A DNA stretch of 64,000 nt from positions 16,058,001 through 16,122,000 of the forward strand of contig NC_043014.1 of assembly GCF_006345805.1 (NCBI RefSeq), given 5' to 3'. The position numbers and the translations under genes were made by a program. The DNA is from Octopus sinensis (lineage: Eukaryota). Below the pieces are notes generated by a model, which was not told the origin of the DNA, did no database searches, and saw only the letters and a list, made by a program, of their open reading frames with translations. Shown here one piece after another: positions 1 through 46,451 of this stretch (its first letter is position 1; the number at the start of each line of letters is the position of its first letter).

Positions 1-59
1 TTACCACACAGCCACTCTTAGGCCTAGGAAGTTATTCATGAAGATCTGAACATACACAA

Positions 60-429
60 AATTTGTGCAAAGTTTGTTCTCAGGGTGCTCAGTGATGAGC
101 ATCCTGGTAACTAACTATTTGACAGAAAAGAGCATTTCTCACCCTCCGTACAGTCTAGATCTTGCCTCCTGTAACTTTTGCTTGTTCCCCAAGCTGAAGG
201 AGAACCTCAGGGGCAGTCGTTTTGAAAACGAAGGAGTTTGTGACAAGTTTCCTGAACACCTTGGCGATGGGGGACTTCCATGGGACCGTTACAAGATGGC
301 TGAATCGGTGGAACAAATGCATCGAAGTCAGAGGATCCTACTTTGAAGGAAATTAGAACTTTATCATTCTTTGAGATTAATAAATGTTTCTCCTGAAAAA
401 GTTTGAACATTTCTGGAATGCACTTTGTA
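60..429 (+). mobile_element. mariner (DD34D) transposase C-terminal relic with 3' end
   Basis: HPPYSLDLASCNFCLFPKLKENLRG resembles the mariner HPPYSPDLAPxDF motif; the element ends at a TA near 428. Confidence 0.8.
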
Positions 430-488
430 TTTGAGATTTTTGAACGCATTAAAAATTATGAGTGAGCTAGAGCGAGCGAGTAAGCAAG

Positions 489-538
<50 letters not shown>

Positions 539-721
539 AGAGAGATAGAGAGAAAGAGAGAGGGTGAGAGGGTGAAAGAAAAAGAAAGAGAGAGAGAGAA
601 AGAGATCACTAAGCGTTCTAATACTTAAGTTAGATATGCTGCCACACGCTTCCTCCATTGTTTATCATGTGGATGAAGTCTCATAACTATTTAATTTCTG
701 ATCAACCCTGTTTGTCTTCGC

Positions 722-879
722 CAGACGTCGGTAACGTGCGGCCCGCAGGACTTTCTGAAAGGCACGTCTAACGAAAAGTTTCCTTCAATTTTTATTTTTT
801 ATTTTTGGAATGTTGACCCACTTAATGATGAACCATGTCTCACGTGGCCCTTTTCTCGAAAAAGTTTTGCCCATGTCTG
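722..879. mobile_element. short hAT-type MITE
   Basis: Degenerate terminal inverted repeats cagacgtcggtaac and tttgcccatgtctg; internal gcggcccgc and gtggccc. Confidence 0.5.
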
Positions 880-1344
880 GTCTACACCAAGGAATACGCA
901 TTTCATATGTTTACTTAGCAACTCGTTTACTAACATTTGGTATGTTCCAGAGAAGTTACACGTCCGCTGAAGGCACTCAGATGCAGAACTGTATCCAGAA
1001 TTATCCCCCCTGTGTGCTGCAAAAATGAGAAAATAATAATTATTTATAAACTAATATATATATTTTTCACAACACATTTGCGCTTTAGGTTTTAACTACT
1101 CCATGCATAAAATGCACCAACATCTACTTACTATTTTATTTATTCGGCATAAAACGAAACACGGAAAGTAAAGTTGTTTATCGAAAAAGAACGATAATGT
1201 TGGCTGATTTAGTGAGATGTAGAAAAACTTCTGAACATTTTGTAATGGTTTAATAACAAGCATTATAAAGTACTTTCTTTTAACGGTGTCCATTCCAGGG
1301 TGTAATTACTTTACAGACGCAAATATAACGATGTGAATGTCTGA

Positions 1345-1745
1345 AGGAGCGTGACTCAGTGGTTAGGGGTATTCGGCCCACGGTCGTAAGGTCAGGAGCT
1401 CGGTTCCTGGCCACACGGCGTGTCCTTGTGCAAGACACTTTATTTCCCCATCGCTCCAGTCCACTCAGCAGGCAAAAATGGTTTCTCTCACATAATTTTT
1501 TTAATGCGGTCAAAAATTCAAGCTTTGATCAAATACAAGATGCATTCCAACAGTTTTCAGCCCTTTCTTAAAATGAGTATTACCTGTGTTGCAATGGGCC
1601 AGCCTTGTCGCATTCTATGTCATGCTGAATCCCCTGGGAACTACGTTAAGGGTACGCGAGTCTGTGGAGTGCTCAGTTACCTGCACATTAATTTCACGAG
1701 CAGGCTGTTCCGTTGATCGTATCAACTGGAACCCTCGTTGTATAT
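1345..1745 (+). mobile_element. tRNA-headed SINE, family B (other copies about 26450-26620 -, 34555-34860 -, 42870-43085 +, 54800-55110 -)
   Basis: A/B-box-like head, a central gtgtccttg..caagacact domain, and a shared body (ctacgttaagggtacgcg...aatttcacgagcaggctgttcc) repeated in the window. Confidence 0.8.
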
Positions 1746-1903
1746 CAGTATATCTGTGCGATTAAGTACTCGCTTTGCAGCCACGTAGTTTCGGGTTCAG
1801 TCCCACCGCACGGCACCTTGAGCAACTATCTTCTACTATATCTCCGGACCGACCATTGCATTGTGAGTGAATTTGGTAGACGGAAACTCTGTGGAAGCCC
1901 GTC

Positions 1904-1950
<47 letters not shown>

Positions 1951-1968
1951 TATATACATATATATATT

Positions 1969-2021
<53 letters not shown>

Positions 2022-2036
2022 ATATATATATCTACA

Positions 2037-2073
<37 letters not shown>

Positions 2074-3633
2074 TATATATATATATACACACACATATAT
2101 ATATATATTTATACACACGACTTGAGTGTATGTTTGTTACACCCCACTACTTGACAACCGGTGTTGGTTTGTTTATTTCCGTACAATCTAGCGATTCGGT
2201 AAATGGCACCGATAGAATAAATAGTAGACGTTCAAAAATAAGTACTGGAGTCGATTTGTTCAACTAAATCCTCCCAGTCCAGTGACTGAAACAATTAGGA
2301 GGTCAAAGGTCTTTATGCACATTTGATTCTTGTGCCGTTGACTAACGTACCACATGTCATACTACAATAGATTGTATAATCCATGACTGAATATACACAG
2401 CTCCACAGAACAGGCTATCGAGAGCTAAGTGTCTTTGCTAATGGCACCAGGGCATAGCGTCAGTGGGATTACACGAATTACTGTGTTTCATTTAATGTGT
2501 CAACTCTGCGAACTGGCAGAATCGTTAGTGCGCCGGGCAAAATGTTTAGCGGCATTTCGTCTGTCTTCATGCTCTGAGTTCAAATGCTGCTGGCGTCGAC
2601 TCTGCCTTTCATTTCTTTGGGGGTCGATATAATAAGTAGCAGTTTAATATAGTACCAGAGTGGTCTCCGCAGGTGGCTGCTCTGGTACTGGAAAGAAGGA
2701 ATTTTTTCCATTTAACAAACTCCTTCCCAAGGGAGGATTACAGATTTCTCCATGGGGCCCCCGACTTGCTGGTGCGGGATTGCTTGAAGACCGCAAGAGA
2801 GTTAAACGGGGATTAGTATGAGAGGTTTATTGCCTCAAGTATGTGTTAAATTTGTAATGGACTTTTTAGTCCAAATAAATTGTATGTGTGAAATTGAAAA
2901 ATTGCAAGAGGGTTAATACCTCAATATATGTTTAAATATTGAAAAATGTAAGAGGTTTAATACCTCAATTAATGTTTGTGAAAGAACAATGTTATAGAGA
3001 AGCAGAGGGTCGGCGGGCGCTTTCTGTCTTCTCTCATCCTTATCATCCTTGTATCATAATCATTCATTTTATTAATGTCTTGTCCAGCCCGCAAAGCTAT
3101 CTAATCTTTGTACTGTCTTTATGACAAATTTGGTGAAATAAAGTAGCAGTTGAATACTCCCCCATAATTGCTCGTCTTGTGTCAAAATTTGAAACCAATA
3201 CGTCATCTCTCAAATAGAGGCGAGCTGGTAGAATCGCTAGCATGCCGAGCAAAAATGCTTAGTGGTATTTCGTCCGACTTCGCGTTCTGAGTTCATATAC
3301 CACCGAGGTCGACTTTACCTTTCAACCTTTCGGGATCGATAAAATAAGTACCAGGCTCGATTTATTTATCCCTTCCCTCGCAGTTACTGGCCTTGTCAGA
3401 ATTTGAAACTAACACGTCAGCTCTCCATATTTTCGGCTAACGGCAAATCTCAGTGCTTTGAAACATTATATCATAGACAGAAATCGACTGTTAAAGTAAA
3501 TTTTGATAGTTAGAACAAAGGACGTATGTATATTGCGCATTGTTTTTTGACCGAGATATTCAGAACTACAGTTACAGCAAAAGATTAACTGTGAGCAATA
3601 AATTTGAGAACAATAGTTATATATATATATATA

Positions 3634-3819
3634 TACTCTTTACTCTTTTACTTGTTTCAGCCATTTGACTGTGGCCATGCTGGAGCATCGCCTTTAGTCG
3701 AGCAAATCAGGACTTATTCTTTGTAAGCCTAGTACTTATTCTATCGGTCTCTTTTGCTGAACCGCTAAGTTACGGGGACGTAAACACACCAGCATCGGTT
3801 GTCAAGTGATGTTGGGGGA

Positions 3820-3875
<56 letters not shown>

Positions 3876-4017
3876 ACGGGCCTCTTTCAGTTTCCGTCTA
3901 CCAAATTCACTCACAAGGCTTTGGTCGGCCCGAGGCTATAGTAGAAGACAGTTGCCCCAGGGACTGAACCCGGAACCATGTGGTTCGTAAGCAAGCTACT
4001 ACCACACAGCCACTCCT
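3634..4017 (-). mobile_element. tRNA-headed SINE, family C, with an internal microsatellite slot (other copies about 1780-2290 +, 12382-13520 +, 24090-24240 +, 29505-29660 +, 39360-39720 -, 43130-43310 -, 48670-48810 -, 52110-52220 -, 63878-64000 -)
   Basis: Head aggagtggctgtgtggt...gggttc, then a microsatellite, then a tail ending cagtcaaatg.ctgaaacaagtaaaagagta; many copies in the window. Confidence 0.85.
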
Positions 4018-4022
4018 ATGCC

Positions 4023-4108
<86 letters not shown>

Positions 4109-4130
4109 TATATATATATATATATAAATG

Positions 4131-4157
<27 letters not shown>

Positions 4158-4162
<5 letters not shown>

Positions 4163-4628
4163 AAAATAAGTCAAAATGAAAATGCTATAATAATTTTATA
4201 GTGAACATTTCAGTACCGGTTTCGGTCATTTTGAGACCTTTCAACTGTAACGATTAAATAATTAAATTTAGAAAATTAGAAGAAAAGTTTTTTAGGGAAT
4301 ATTTCTATAGTAGTGTTCAGATATAATTGCATTCTGCTTTTCTTGACTCCCTTGTTTGCACTTGTGTGTTGTGAGTTCTTGGTAGGACCAAGAACTCACA
4401 CACACAAGTGCAAACAAGGGAGTCAGAGAAAGCAGAATGCCACTTATATCTGAACACTACTATAGAAATATTCCCTTAAAAAAACTTTTCTTCTAATTTT
4501 TCTAAATTTATTTTTCTAAATTTAATTATTTAATCGTTACAGTTGAAAAGGTCTCAAAATGACCGAACCGGTACTGAAATGTTCACTAAAAATTATTATA
4601 GCATTTTCTATTTGACTTATTTTTACAT
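4158..4628. repeat. about 470-bp near-perfect palindrome (PLE terminal-repeat-like foldback) with a hammerhead-like motif in each arm
   Basis: Arm 4158-4383 is the reverse complement of 4387-4628, with a 3-nt loop (agg) and only small indels. Confidence 0.9.
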
Positions 4629-4920
4629 ATATATCAACTCGTGTGTTCCTTTCCACCTTATCATATATATATATATATAATATATATATTTATATAGATA
4701 TATATATAGATATATATATTATATATATATATTATATGCGGATGACCTTGCATTTGTTTGTTCAATATTTTAGTTTGATATTTTCTCTTCCATAATAGAG
4801 CACTTCTATAGCAGTCCTATTAAACTTTTTTTGTTCCTGACAAGAAACAATTATTGTATTATTAATATCGAATATATATATATATATATATTTTATCTTC
4901 GTTAAATAACGAAAAATATT

Positions 4921-5320
4921 GATTTCAAATTTTGGTACAAGGCCAGCAATTTCGTGGGGAGGGTGTAAGTCGATTACATTGACCCCAGTACTCAACAGGT
5001 ACTTATTTTATCGTCTCTGAAAGGATGAAAGGCAAAGTCAACCTCGGCGGAATCTGAACCCAGAATGTAAAAACAAACGAAATGTTGCTAGACATTTTGT
5101 TCGGCTTGCTAACGATTCTACTTGTTTACCTCCTTAAATAATCCTTTCTGCAATAGGAACAAGGCCTGAAATTTGGGGGAGGGGTGCCCCACTGGTACTT
5201 ATTTTATCGACCCTGAAAGGATGAAAGGTAAAATCGACCTCAGCGGAATTTGAACTCAGAACGTAAAGACAGACGAAATGCCGCTGTGCATGCTAACGAT
5301 TCTGCCAACTCGCTGCCGTA
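4921..5320 (-). mobile_element. two adjacent copies of SINE family A (tRNA-headed; resembles described octopus tRNA-SINEs, family name unverified). Further copies about 2504-2642 +, 3218-3407 +, 13785-13990 -, 17040-17270 -, 20078-20260 +, 21920-22290 -, 28210-28430 -, 41480-41680 -, 43700-44200 -, 50565-50780 +, 59050-59175 +, 60970-61400 -, 63430-63640 +
   Basis: Consensus ggcggcgagctggcagaa..gttagca..gagttcaaattccgccgaggtcgactttgcctttcatcctttcggggtcgataaa recurs about 20 times. Confidence 0.9.
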
Positions 5321-6335
5321 AATAATGGAATATATTGATAACATATTTATCCATTTTGCACATTTGTGAAAACGATTAAAAAGAAACATAACGTGTTTTC
5401 GCTGTTGGCAGAAAGTGGCTGTTAGCCTGCATGAGTCTAATATGGAAGAAGGCATTATTGCATAAGCGATATAAAAGATGCGAAGTACATACAACTGGGA
5501 ATAAAAACTGGGTCATTAATAGCCTAAATCTTTATTTACAGCAAGGAGTTAAAACACTGGAATAAATACTGTTGAGGGGAAGAGGAGAGGCCTAACGTTT
5601 CGAGCAGAAACCTTCGCCGAGGAGAGATGGTTCTGTAGTGATTTGGCAGGATAAATAGACTGGAAGTAGTGAAGGTAAAGGAAAAGTGAATGTAGCAGTG
5701 AATGATAATAATAAGGAAGGAAGAGGGAGAAGAAAATGTATAAGACGAGGGAGATGTAACGAGTGGTTGGAGATGAGGGGAAGAATGTCAGTCTGTGGAG
5801 AAAATAAAAGGAATACCAGTAGATTTGAAAAGCGTTGAGGAAAGAAGGTAATGGCAGGGAAACATTTTACACACATACACGCACACCATCACGCATACAT
5901 GTGCGCACGCACGCATGCATGCACGCACACATACACATACAACTCACACGTGTATACATATATACACACATTCGTACGTAGATACATACATATATACATA
6001 CTCATACACACACACATACATACATACAAACAAACAAACAAACAAACAAACAAACATACATACATACATACATACATACATACATACATACATACATACA
6101 TACATACATACGTACGTACATACATACGTACGTACATACATACATACATACATACGTACGTACATACATACATACATACGTACGTACATACATACATGTC
6201 CCTATTTTCTATCATTCTGTATGTATGTACGTATATATTTATGTGTTATTGTTACATAACAATAACAGTAACAATAAATATATATATATATGTATGTTAT
6301 TGTTCAGAAATCTTGAAATAAACCGAACAATGACA

Positions 6336-6366
<31 letters not shown>

Positions 6367-6389
6367 TGTCACAAAGTACCTGGTGAACA

Positions 6390-6433
<44 letters not shown>

Positions 6434-6464
6434 TGGCGCCCTTGTAATCTCAAGGTGCAATTGC

Positions 6465-6925
6465 ATGTGTAGGTTATGTCATGTTTCTGTGGAAGACATC
6501 TCGCATGTGATTAGCAGCTGTCGTAAAATGTCGTCTCGGTACTCCCTCCCTATGCGACACGATGTAGTTGCTAAAACAATTTACAATGACATACGCAAAA
6601 AAGACTGCACTGAAATAAACTTAGAAAATCCTTCTGTTATGGAACACATTCATAACCACTAACTCAAGGAATACTGGTGGAATATTCCCATCAAAATTTC
6701 TGTCAGATGTAAACATAACAGGGCAGATATTGTTGTTTGGAACAAAAGGGCAAACGTATGTACCATCGTAGAGGTCAGCTGCCCTGCAGATATAAATATC
6801 TCTTTGAAAATCAAAGGAAAAGAGGATATTTATGGACAACTGCATCGAAACCGCCAGCTTCTACATTCAGACTATGAATTCATATTCATACCAATGATAA
6901 TTGGAGCACTAGGTTTTGTTAGTAA
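6465..6925 (+). mobile_element. R4/NeSL-like non-LTR retrotransposon relic (CCHC finger plus restriction-like endonuclease)
   Basis: CRLC..EDISHVISSC, RHDVVAK, NRADIVVW, IVEVSCPAD, KEDIY and FIPMIIGALG; one in-frame stop. Confidence 0.85.
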
Positions 6926-6949
6926 ATACATACATACATACAATTTTGT

Positions 6950-7100
6950 CTCCCCTTGTTTCTTTCTGTGTTCCTTTCTGTGGAAGAGCATAGGCTCGAA
7001 ACGTTAAAGACTTTTTCAATTCCTGAGCGTTATACTAATACATTTGTTTGTTTTCTACACCACCTGTCTTCGTCTTTTTTTTTTCGTGAATTCTCCCTAC
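6950..7100 (+). mobile_element. PLE terminal-repeat fragment with a variant hammerhead-like motif (6974-7009)
   Basis: cttt-CTGTGGA-A-GAGC atag GCTC-GAAAC-GT-T-aaag. A more decayed relative lies on the minus strand at about 5585-5625. Confidence 0.55.
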
Positions 7101-7140
7101 ATACATACATACATACATACATACATACAGGCAGACAGAC

Positions 7141-7175
<35 letters not shown>

Positions 7176-9879
7176 ATGATAGAAAATAGGGACTGAAGAG
7201 GACCAAGCGAAGACCTCATTATAACAAGTGATGTTTAAATAACTAAAAAAAAAAAGGAAGCAATTTCTAAGTTTCTGTAACTTTGTATGATCATCATTTC
7301 ATCTTTTTTTCGCTGAACTTTGTCGACCTCTGTTCTAAGCCATAGACACAATGCTGTGCCTGTGACAGGATACTAACTACCGATCATCTCAACCTATTAT
7401 CAAAATATCCTGTCGACTCAGCCATCTGTAACCAACCTTTTGAATAATAAACAAAAAACAAAAAAAAAGAAGACAACAATAGAAAGAACAACTACAATAT
7501 CATGGTGTACTATTTGCCTTTTTTAATATCGTTTAGTTTTGTTCTCGGTATTTTAGAAAAGAAGTAGTTTGTTTAAATGCTTAACGATTCCCCAAGCAAT
7601 CCCACAACGTAGAGGTTAAAAAGAAAACAGACATCAAAAACAAAAACAACAGTGTTTTCCTGCATAAAATCGTGACTGCATATTTATAAAAAAGGATTGA
7701 GGTGGGTGATTCTGTGACGTTTACGTTTTCCTCCAGAGCATTACCAATCTAAATGGAAATGAATTGGCTTCAATCGAGCATAGACTTTTAATCATATTTC
7801 TTAGTATTCATTCAATGAAAGAAAAGAAAAAAATATTGGCTTTCCTTTATCTAGATACCAAGAACTCAGATTTGTTAGAAAATAAATGGGAATTTGCAGC
7901 GTTCTGTTCACAATTTCATTAGAGTCATAAGGAAAAAGAGTTTTTAACATCGAATGAGAATCGAAAACGAACAGAGTTTGTTATACGGCAATAACCACAT
8001 TTTTCTCTCTGTTAAATGAGAGATATTCGTTGTCATTGAGTAAGTTATCCACTTGGTGTATGTTGTCTGTAATGGGTTACGCGTAATCTGTACTCAGAAC
8101 TAGATTCCAGACAAGTAAAAAATTCTGGGGCAAGGACTGAGTATTGATGAGCTTTGTCGTTACCTTCCTCAGACACATTCGTAGACTTAAGCCAAGAACA
8201 AAACACTCGTTGATTTATATAGTCCTATATCTTTTTAACAAGCCATGGTACGTATTTACAGATGTGTGATACATATTTACAGGTAAGTGACACTGTCAGC
8301 ATCGCGGCGCTGGTGACAGGTTACGAATCATTGGATATTCAGCTGATAGTTTCGACATTATCGGCTCGGCCAGCTGTTGACTCTCTTTTGAAGCAACTCA
8401 TGATTGAAATGTTTAAGGAAATTTATATGAAGAATTTATATTTCCGAAGAAAAATGACCGAAATAAGTGAAATGGTGCCATCTGGAAATAGAAAACCGAG
8501 TTGAGGATTCTGTTCGTCAAGAATATCGGTCTGTTTAATAACACTTTGAGCGGATCATTATTTTTTTTTCGTTTGACAAGACACAAAGTTTAGTGCTTAT
8601 GGAGAAGAAAAATGGAATGTTGTGAAGTTCATGTCTGTTAGAAAAGCAATAACGATCTGAGTGAAGTGAAATATTTTAAACTGGGTATTGAAATAACGTT
8701 ATTTTTTCGTTTGTGCACAACACTGTTTTAGGTGAGCATAGTCTAACTGTTGCAGTTACGCCCAGGAAACTTTTGAGAGTTTACATTTGCACAAAGCCTC
8801 AAAATTTGTAAGGCAGGCGTACGGTCGGTTGCATCGGCTCTAACATTTGAAGCCTTGCGCCTATCTTAAAAGTCAGTATTAGTTTTGGTCCTCTAAACAT
8901 TTTAAGTTCAAACTGTGCAAGTTTGTGCTTTCATTCCTTTGGAATTGTTAAAATAAATATCAGTCATAAAATGAGGCCGATTCAATCGATTAGAAATGTC
9001 TCTTACAAATTTGTGGCCTTGTATCAACGTAAGAAGTGAAGCAATATTTTCTGACATAGCCAGACAATCATCGAAAGAAATTGAGTCAAACGACAGTGTA
9101 TGACTCACCCCTTTTTAATCGAGTCCTCTCCAACCCACAAGGAAGGATAAAAGACAGTTGACTATGATGAAACTTGAGCTCAGAATCCAAAAGGATGTAA
9201 CTAAATCACGCAAGACATTTTGACTCACTGCTCTACTGATTCCACCGGATGGTCACCTTCATTATTCCTGATGAGTGTCCGGATGATAGCGGTGGTTGCG
9301 ATGGTGGTGGTGGTGGTGGTAAATGAGCTAAAATATTTGCAGTTTCAAGTAACAGCTGCTTTTAAGATTATATATATATATGAAGCACCATTATTAATTT
9401 TTTTTATCAGCTGGAGATATCAGTCTTTCAAAAAGTGTGTATTTATAAAAACTGTTCATTAAAAGCGAAAGATAAAAAATATTTTCTAGTAAATTGGAAG
9501 AGCGGTGTTAAAATAAGAATAAAATATTTCATTGTCCTTTCTTGTATAGTCAATATGAAAATGTTAAAATATTTTTCTTTTTAAACAAGTAAACTGGCTC
9601 CTTTTATAAAACATGATGTAAGTTGGAAACCAAATTTTCTCGTGAATCATATTAAATTTAAAAGAAAAAAATTCCCGGCGCATTCATTTGAATGTCCTAA
9701 TTGTGATGGGATATTGACCCAAGATATATATAAAGAATATTCTCCCGTTTTCTTCTCTTTTCTTCCTTTTTTTTAAAAAAATGTACATCTATATATTCAT
9801 CTTCAAATTGTATTGAACGCGCTTGTGTATGTGTGAACCCAGACACACTCATGAAACAAAGAAGCACGCATACATATGA

Positions 9880-9926
<47 letters not shown>

Positions 9927-10211
9927 GAGAAACGCACACACAAACACATTCAACGTAAGCTGCTGAGTCAGTCCATCTCTACTCAGGGGTATCACGCTGA
10001 CACAGCGAGACACTTTGAGCAACAACAGAAGAAATCATCAGGATTCGAACGAACAAACTCTACTTTCTCTCGTCCGTACATCGCAATATGTATATATGTG
10101 TGTGTATGTATAATTATCTATATATATATATATATACAGTGTTTATGTTTTCAGTTTATATCAACGTCAATGGTAAGATGATTTTATATATTTTTTTGTT
10201 TTTCAGCATTT

Positions 10212-43576
<33,365 letters not shown>

Positions 43577-44491
43577 GGTTGATTTTTCAAATATTCGATG
43601 CAGTTATTAAAGAGATTGTTTTCGGAAGTTCTTCTTGGAATCTGAGAATAAATAAATAGATGAATAAAATAAACCAAGAGAATAAATAACGAAATCACTT
43701 GATGCAAATGGAATAAAATATTTACGATATAGAATTGATATTTTTTTATAGGTACAAGACAAATTTTGGAGGGGAGTATAGTCAACCAACTGGAGGATGG
43801 ATAGCAAAATCGATCCCCAGCTGGATTTAAACTTAGAACATAAAAGAGAAGTAACAAAATACTGCCAAATACTAACTTCTTTTAATAATGTTAATAATTT
43901 TTTCTATTACAGACATAAGGCGTGGAATTTCAGAGATGTGATTAGACGAATCCATCGATCTCGCTGATTGACTGGTACTATTCTATCGACCCCGAAAGGA
44001 TAGAAGGCAAAATCAACCTCGATGGCATTTGAAACCATTATAATGATTTCAAATTTTGGCATAAGACCAGCAATTTTAGGGGAGAGGTAACTTGATTACA
44101 TCGATCTCAGTGATGAGTTGGTACTTCTTTTATCGACTCAGCAAAGATAAAATGCAAAGTCGACATCGGCAGAATTTGAACTCAGAACGCAATGGGCCGT
44201 ATTTAGCAATGATAATAATACTTTCGTTTATTTGGCAACAGTTACCATTCATGCGTACAAAATGTTTTACAAAGCATCTTCCAAGGCGCTGTAAAGGTAC
44301 GTAGTTCTATAAAAACGAGATAAGGAGCAAAGACCTCAGTCACTTTATGTAAAGACAAATTTGATACAAATAAGCAGTATAAATAGGTGAATACATACAT
44401 ACATACATACATACGTACATACATACATACATACATACATACATACATGCATGCATGCATGCATACATACATACATACATACATACATACA

Positions 44492-44525
<34 letters not shown>

Positions 44526-44531
44526 CATATA

Positions 44532-44562
<31 letters not shown>

Positions 44563-44662
44563 GTGTGAATGTGTGTGTACGTGTGCGCGCGCGTGTATGT
44601 GCTAATACAGATGAAAACAAAGAAAAGTAACGCGATCCCATCACATACCATACACGAGTACG

Positions 44663-44812
44663 AGGATGGTGGTTTCGGGCGTAAGCAGCAAGGAAGGCAA
44701 CAGTGGAGTCTTCAGACTAGTGGCAGTCTATTCTCCAACAGGAACCTTCAGATTAGAGGCAGTTTCTGCTCCAACAGAAGCCGAACGGTCAGATTTCTTT
44801 AGACGTCTAATC
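44663..44812 (+). mobile_element. Tx1/L1-like AP-endonuclease fragment with an internal duplication
   Basis: RMVVSGVSSKEGNSGVFRLVAVYSPTG-TFRLEAVSAPTE-AERSDFFRRL. Confidence 0.65.
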
Positions 44813-45277
44813 CTTCTAAGGTAGATTAGACCACTTCATGCTTCGACAGTCCTTCTTCACCTATTCCTCGCATTGGAACCTAGCAGTTGCAACAGTGCAA
44901 GTGAGTAACTTTTGAGTCAGCCATGCTGTGGAAAACCTTGCGTTTGATGCATAATTATTCACATGTTCATTAACTGTCAGCTGAGTTTTTACCAAGAGTC
45001 TGTCATTTCGAAGTATTTGGTACACAACATCTTAATTTGGTCCGTTACCCTCCCGCTTTTATAATGAATTGCGCTCTTTAGGCCCACTGTAAAGTTGAAA
45101 GATTCTGTAGAGTATATACTTTTTTTCTTGGCTCTTTCAGGTCTTTTTCTATAGGCTCCTTGCTTTTTACTTCTTTTGGCCGCTCCTCAACAGCTTGTAA
45201 TTTCATCAAGTCTCCCGATTTTATTCCCATCCTCAAAAGACTGCAGAGAAATAGTAGCCTTGTGACAATGGAGATGA

Positions 45278-45320
<43 letters not shown>

Positions 45321-45402
45321 ATTTTTCTTTTCTTCTTCTTCTTCTTCTTCTTCTTCTTCTTCTTCTCCTTCTTCTTCTTCTTCTTCTTCTCTTCTTCTTC
45401 TT

Positions 45403-45433
<31 letters not shown>

Positions 45434-45457
45434 TTATTATTATTATTATTATATAAA

Positions 45458-45690
45458 AAGGCGGCGAGCTGGCAGAAACGTTAGCACGCCGGGCGAAATG
45501 CGTAGCCGTATTTCGTCTGTCGTTACGTTCTGAGTTCAAATTCCGCCGAGGTCGACTTTGCCTTTCATCCTTTCGGGGTCGATAAATAAAGTACCAGCTT
45601 CCCACTGGGGTCGATGTAATCGGCTTAATCCCTTTGTCTATCCATGTTTGTCTCCTCTATGTTTAGCCCCTTGTGGGCAGTAAAGAAATA
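45458..45690 (+). mobile_element. monomeric SINE family A with a Tx1-like tail, embedded in (TTA)n
   Basis: Full head at 45458; tail ends gtaaagaaata; (TTA)n on both sides. Confidence 0.9.
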
Positions 45691-45739
<49 letters not shown>

Positions 45740-46335
45740 ACTCCGATATGTGTGTGTTCGTGTATGTCTTAACGTTTGTGTTTCTCCCCCACCGCTTGTC
45801 AACCAGTTTACGTCCTTATAAATAAGCGGTTTGGCAAAAAAGTTACCGATAGGTTAAGGTGCCAAACTTAAAGGTCGATTTGTCTGACAACGTCCTTCAA
45901 GGCCGTGCCCCAACATGGCGGCATCCAATGGCAGAAACAAACAAAAGAAAATTCACGCGGCGAAATTGCGATTGCTCTACACATGTCTTGATCAACTGGG
46001 ATATTTAAGAACTTATTGGCAAAAAATTAATTTCTGCACTGGAAATCTTAGCTTCTATGAATGAATTCAAATGGCAGAGAATAATGTCTTAATCTCCTAT
46101 TTAGATAATTTCTTTTACTTTATATTCTATTCACTGTTTAATTCTCACGCTCCAGTAACTAGTATTTTAATATTAGAAAATCTTATGAATTTGGTAATAT
46201 TTTTTCCTACAAGTTATTCACCTGTTTATTTATTCTCTTCAATAATTATTTATTCTCTCCAATGATTATTTATTCTCTCCAATAATATATTTAAAGCCAT
46301 AGAAACATTGAATGTATATATATATATAATATATA

Positions 46336-46451
<116 letters not shown>

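Noticed and set aside
8262-8282. Possible plus-strand micro-exon ATGTGTGATACATATTTACAG|gtaagt
   Set aside because: The flanking atttacag is a local repeat, the polypyrimidine tract is weak and no partner exons were found.
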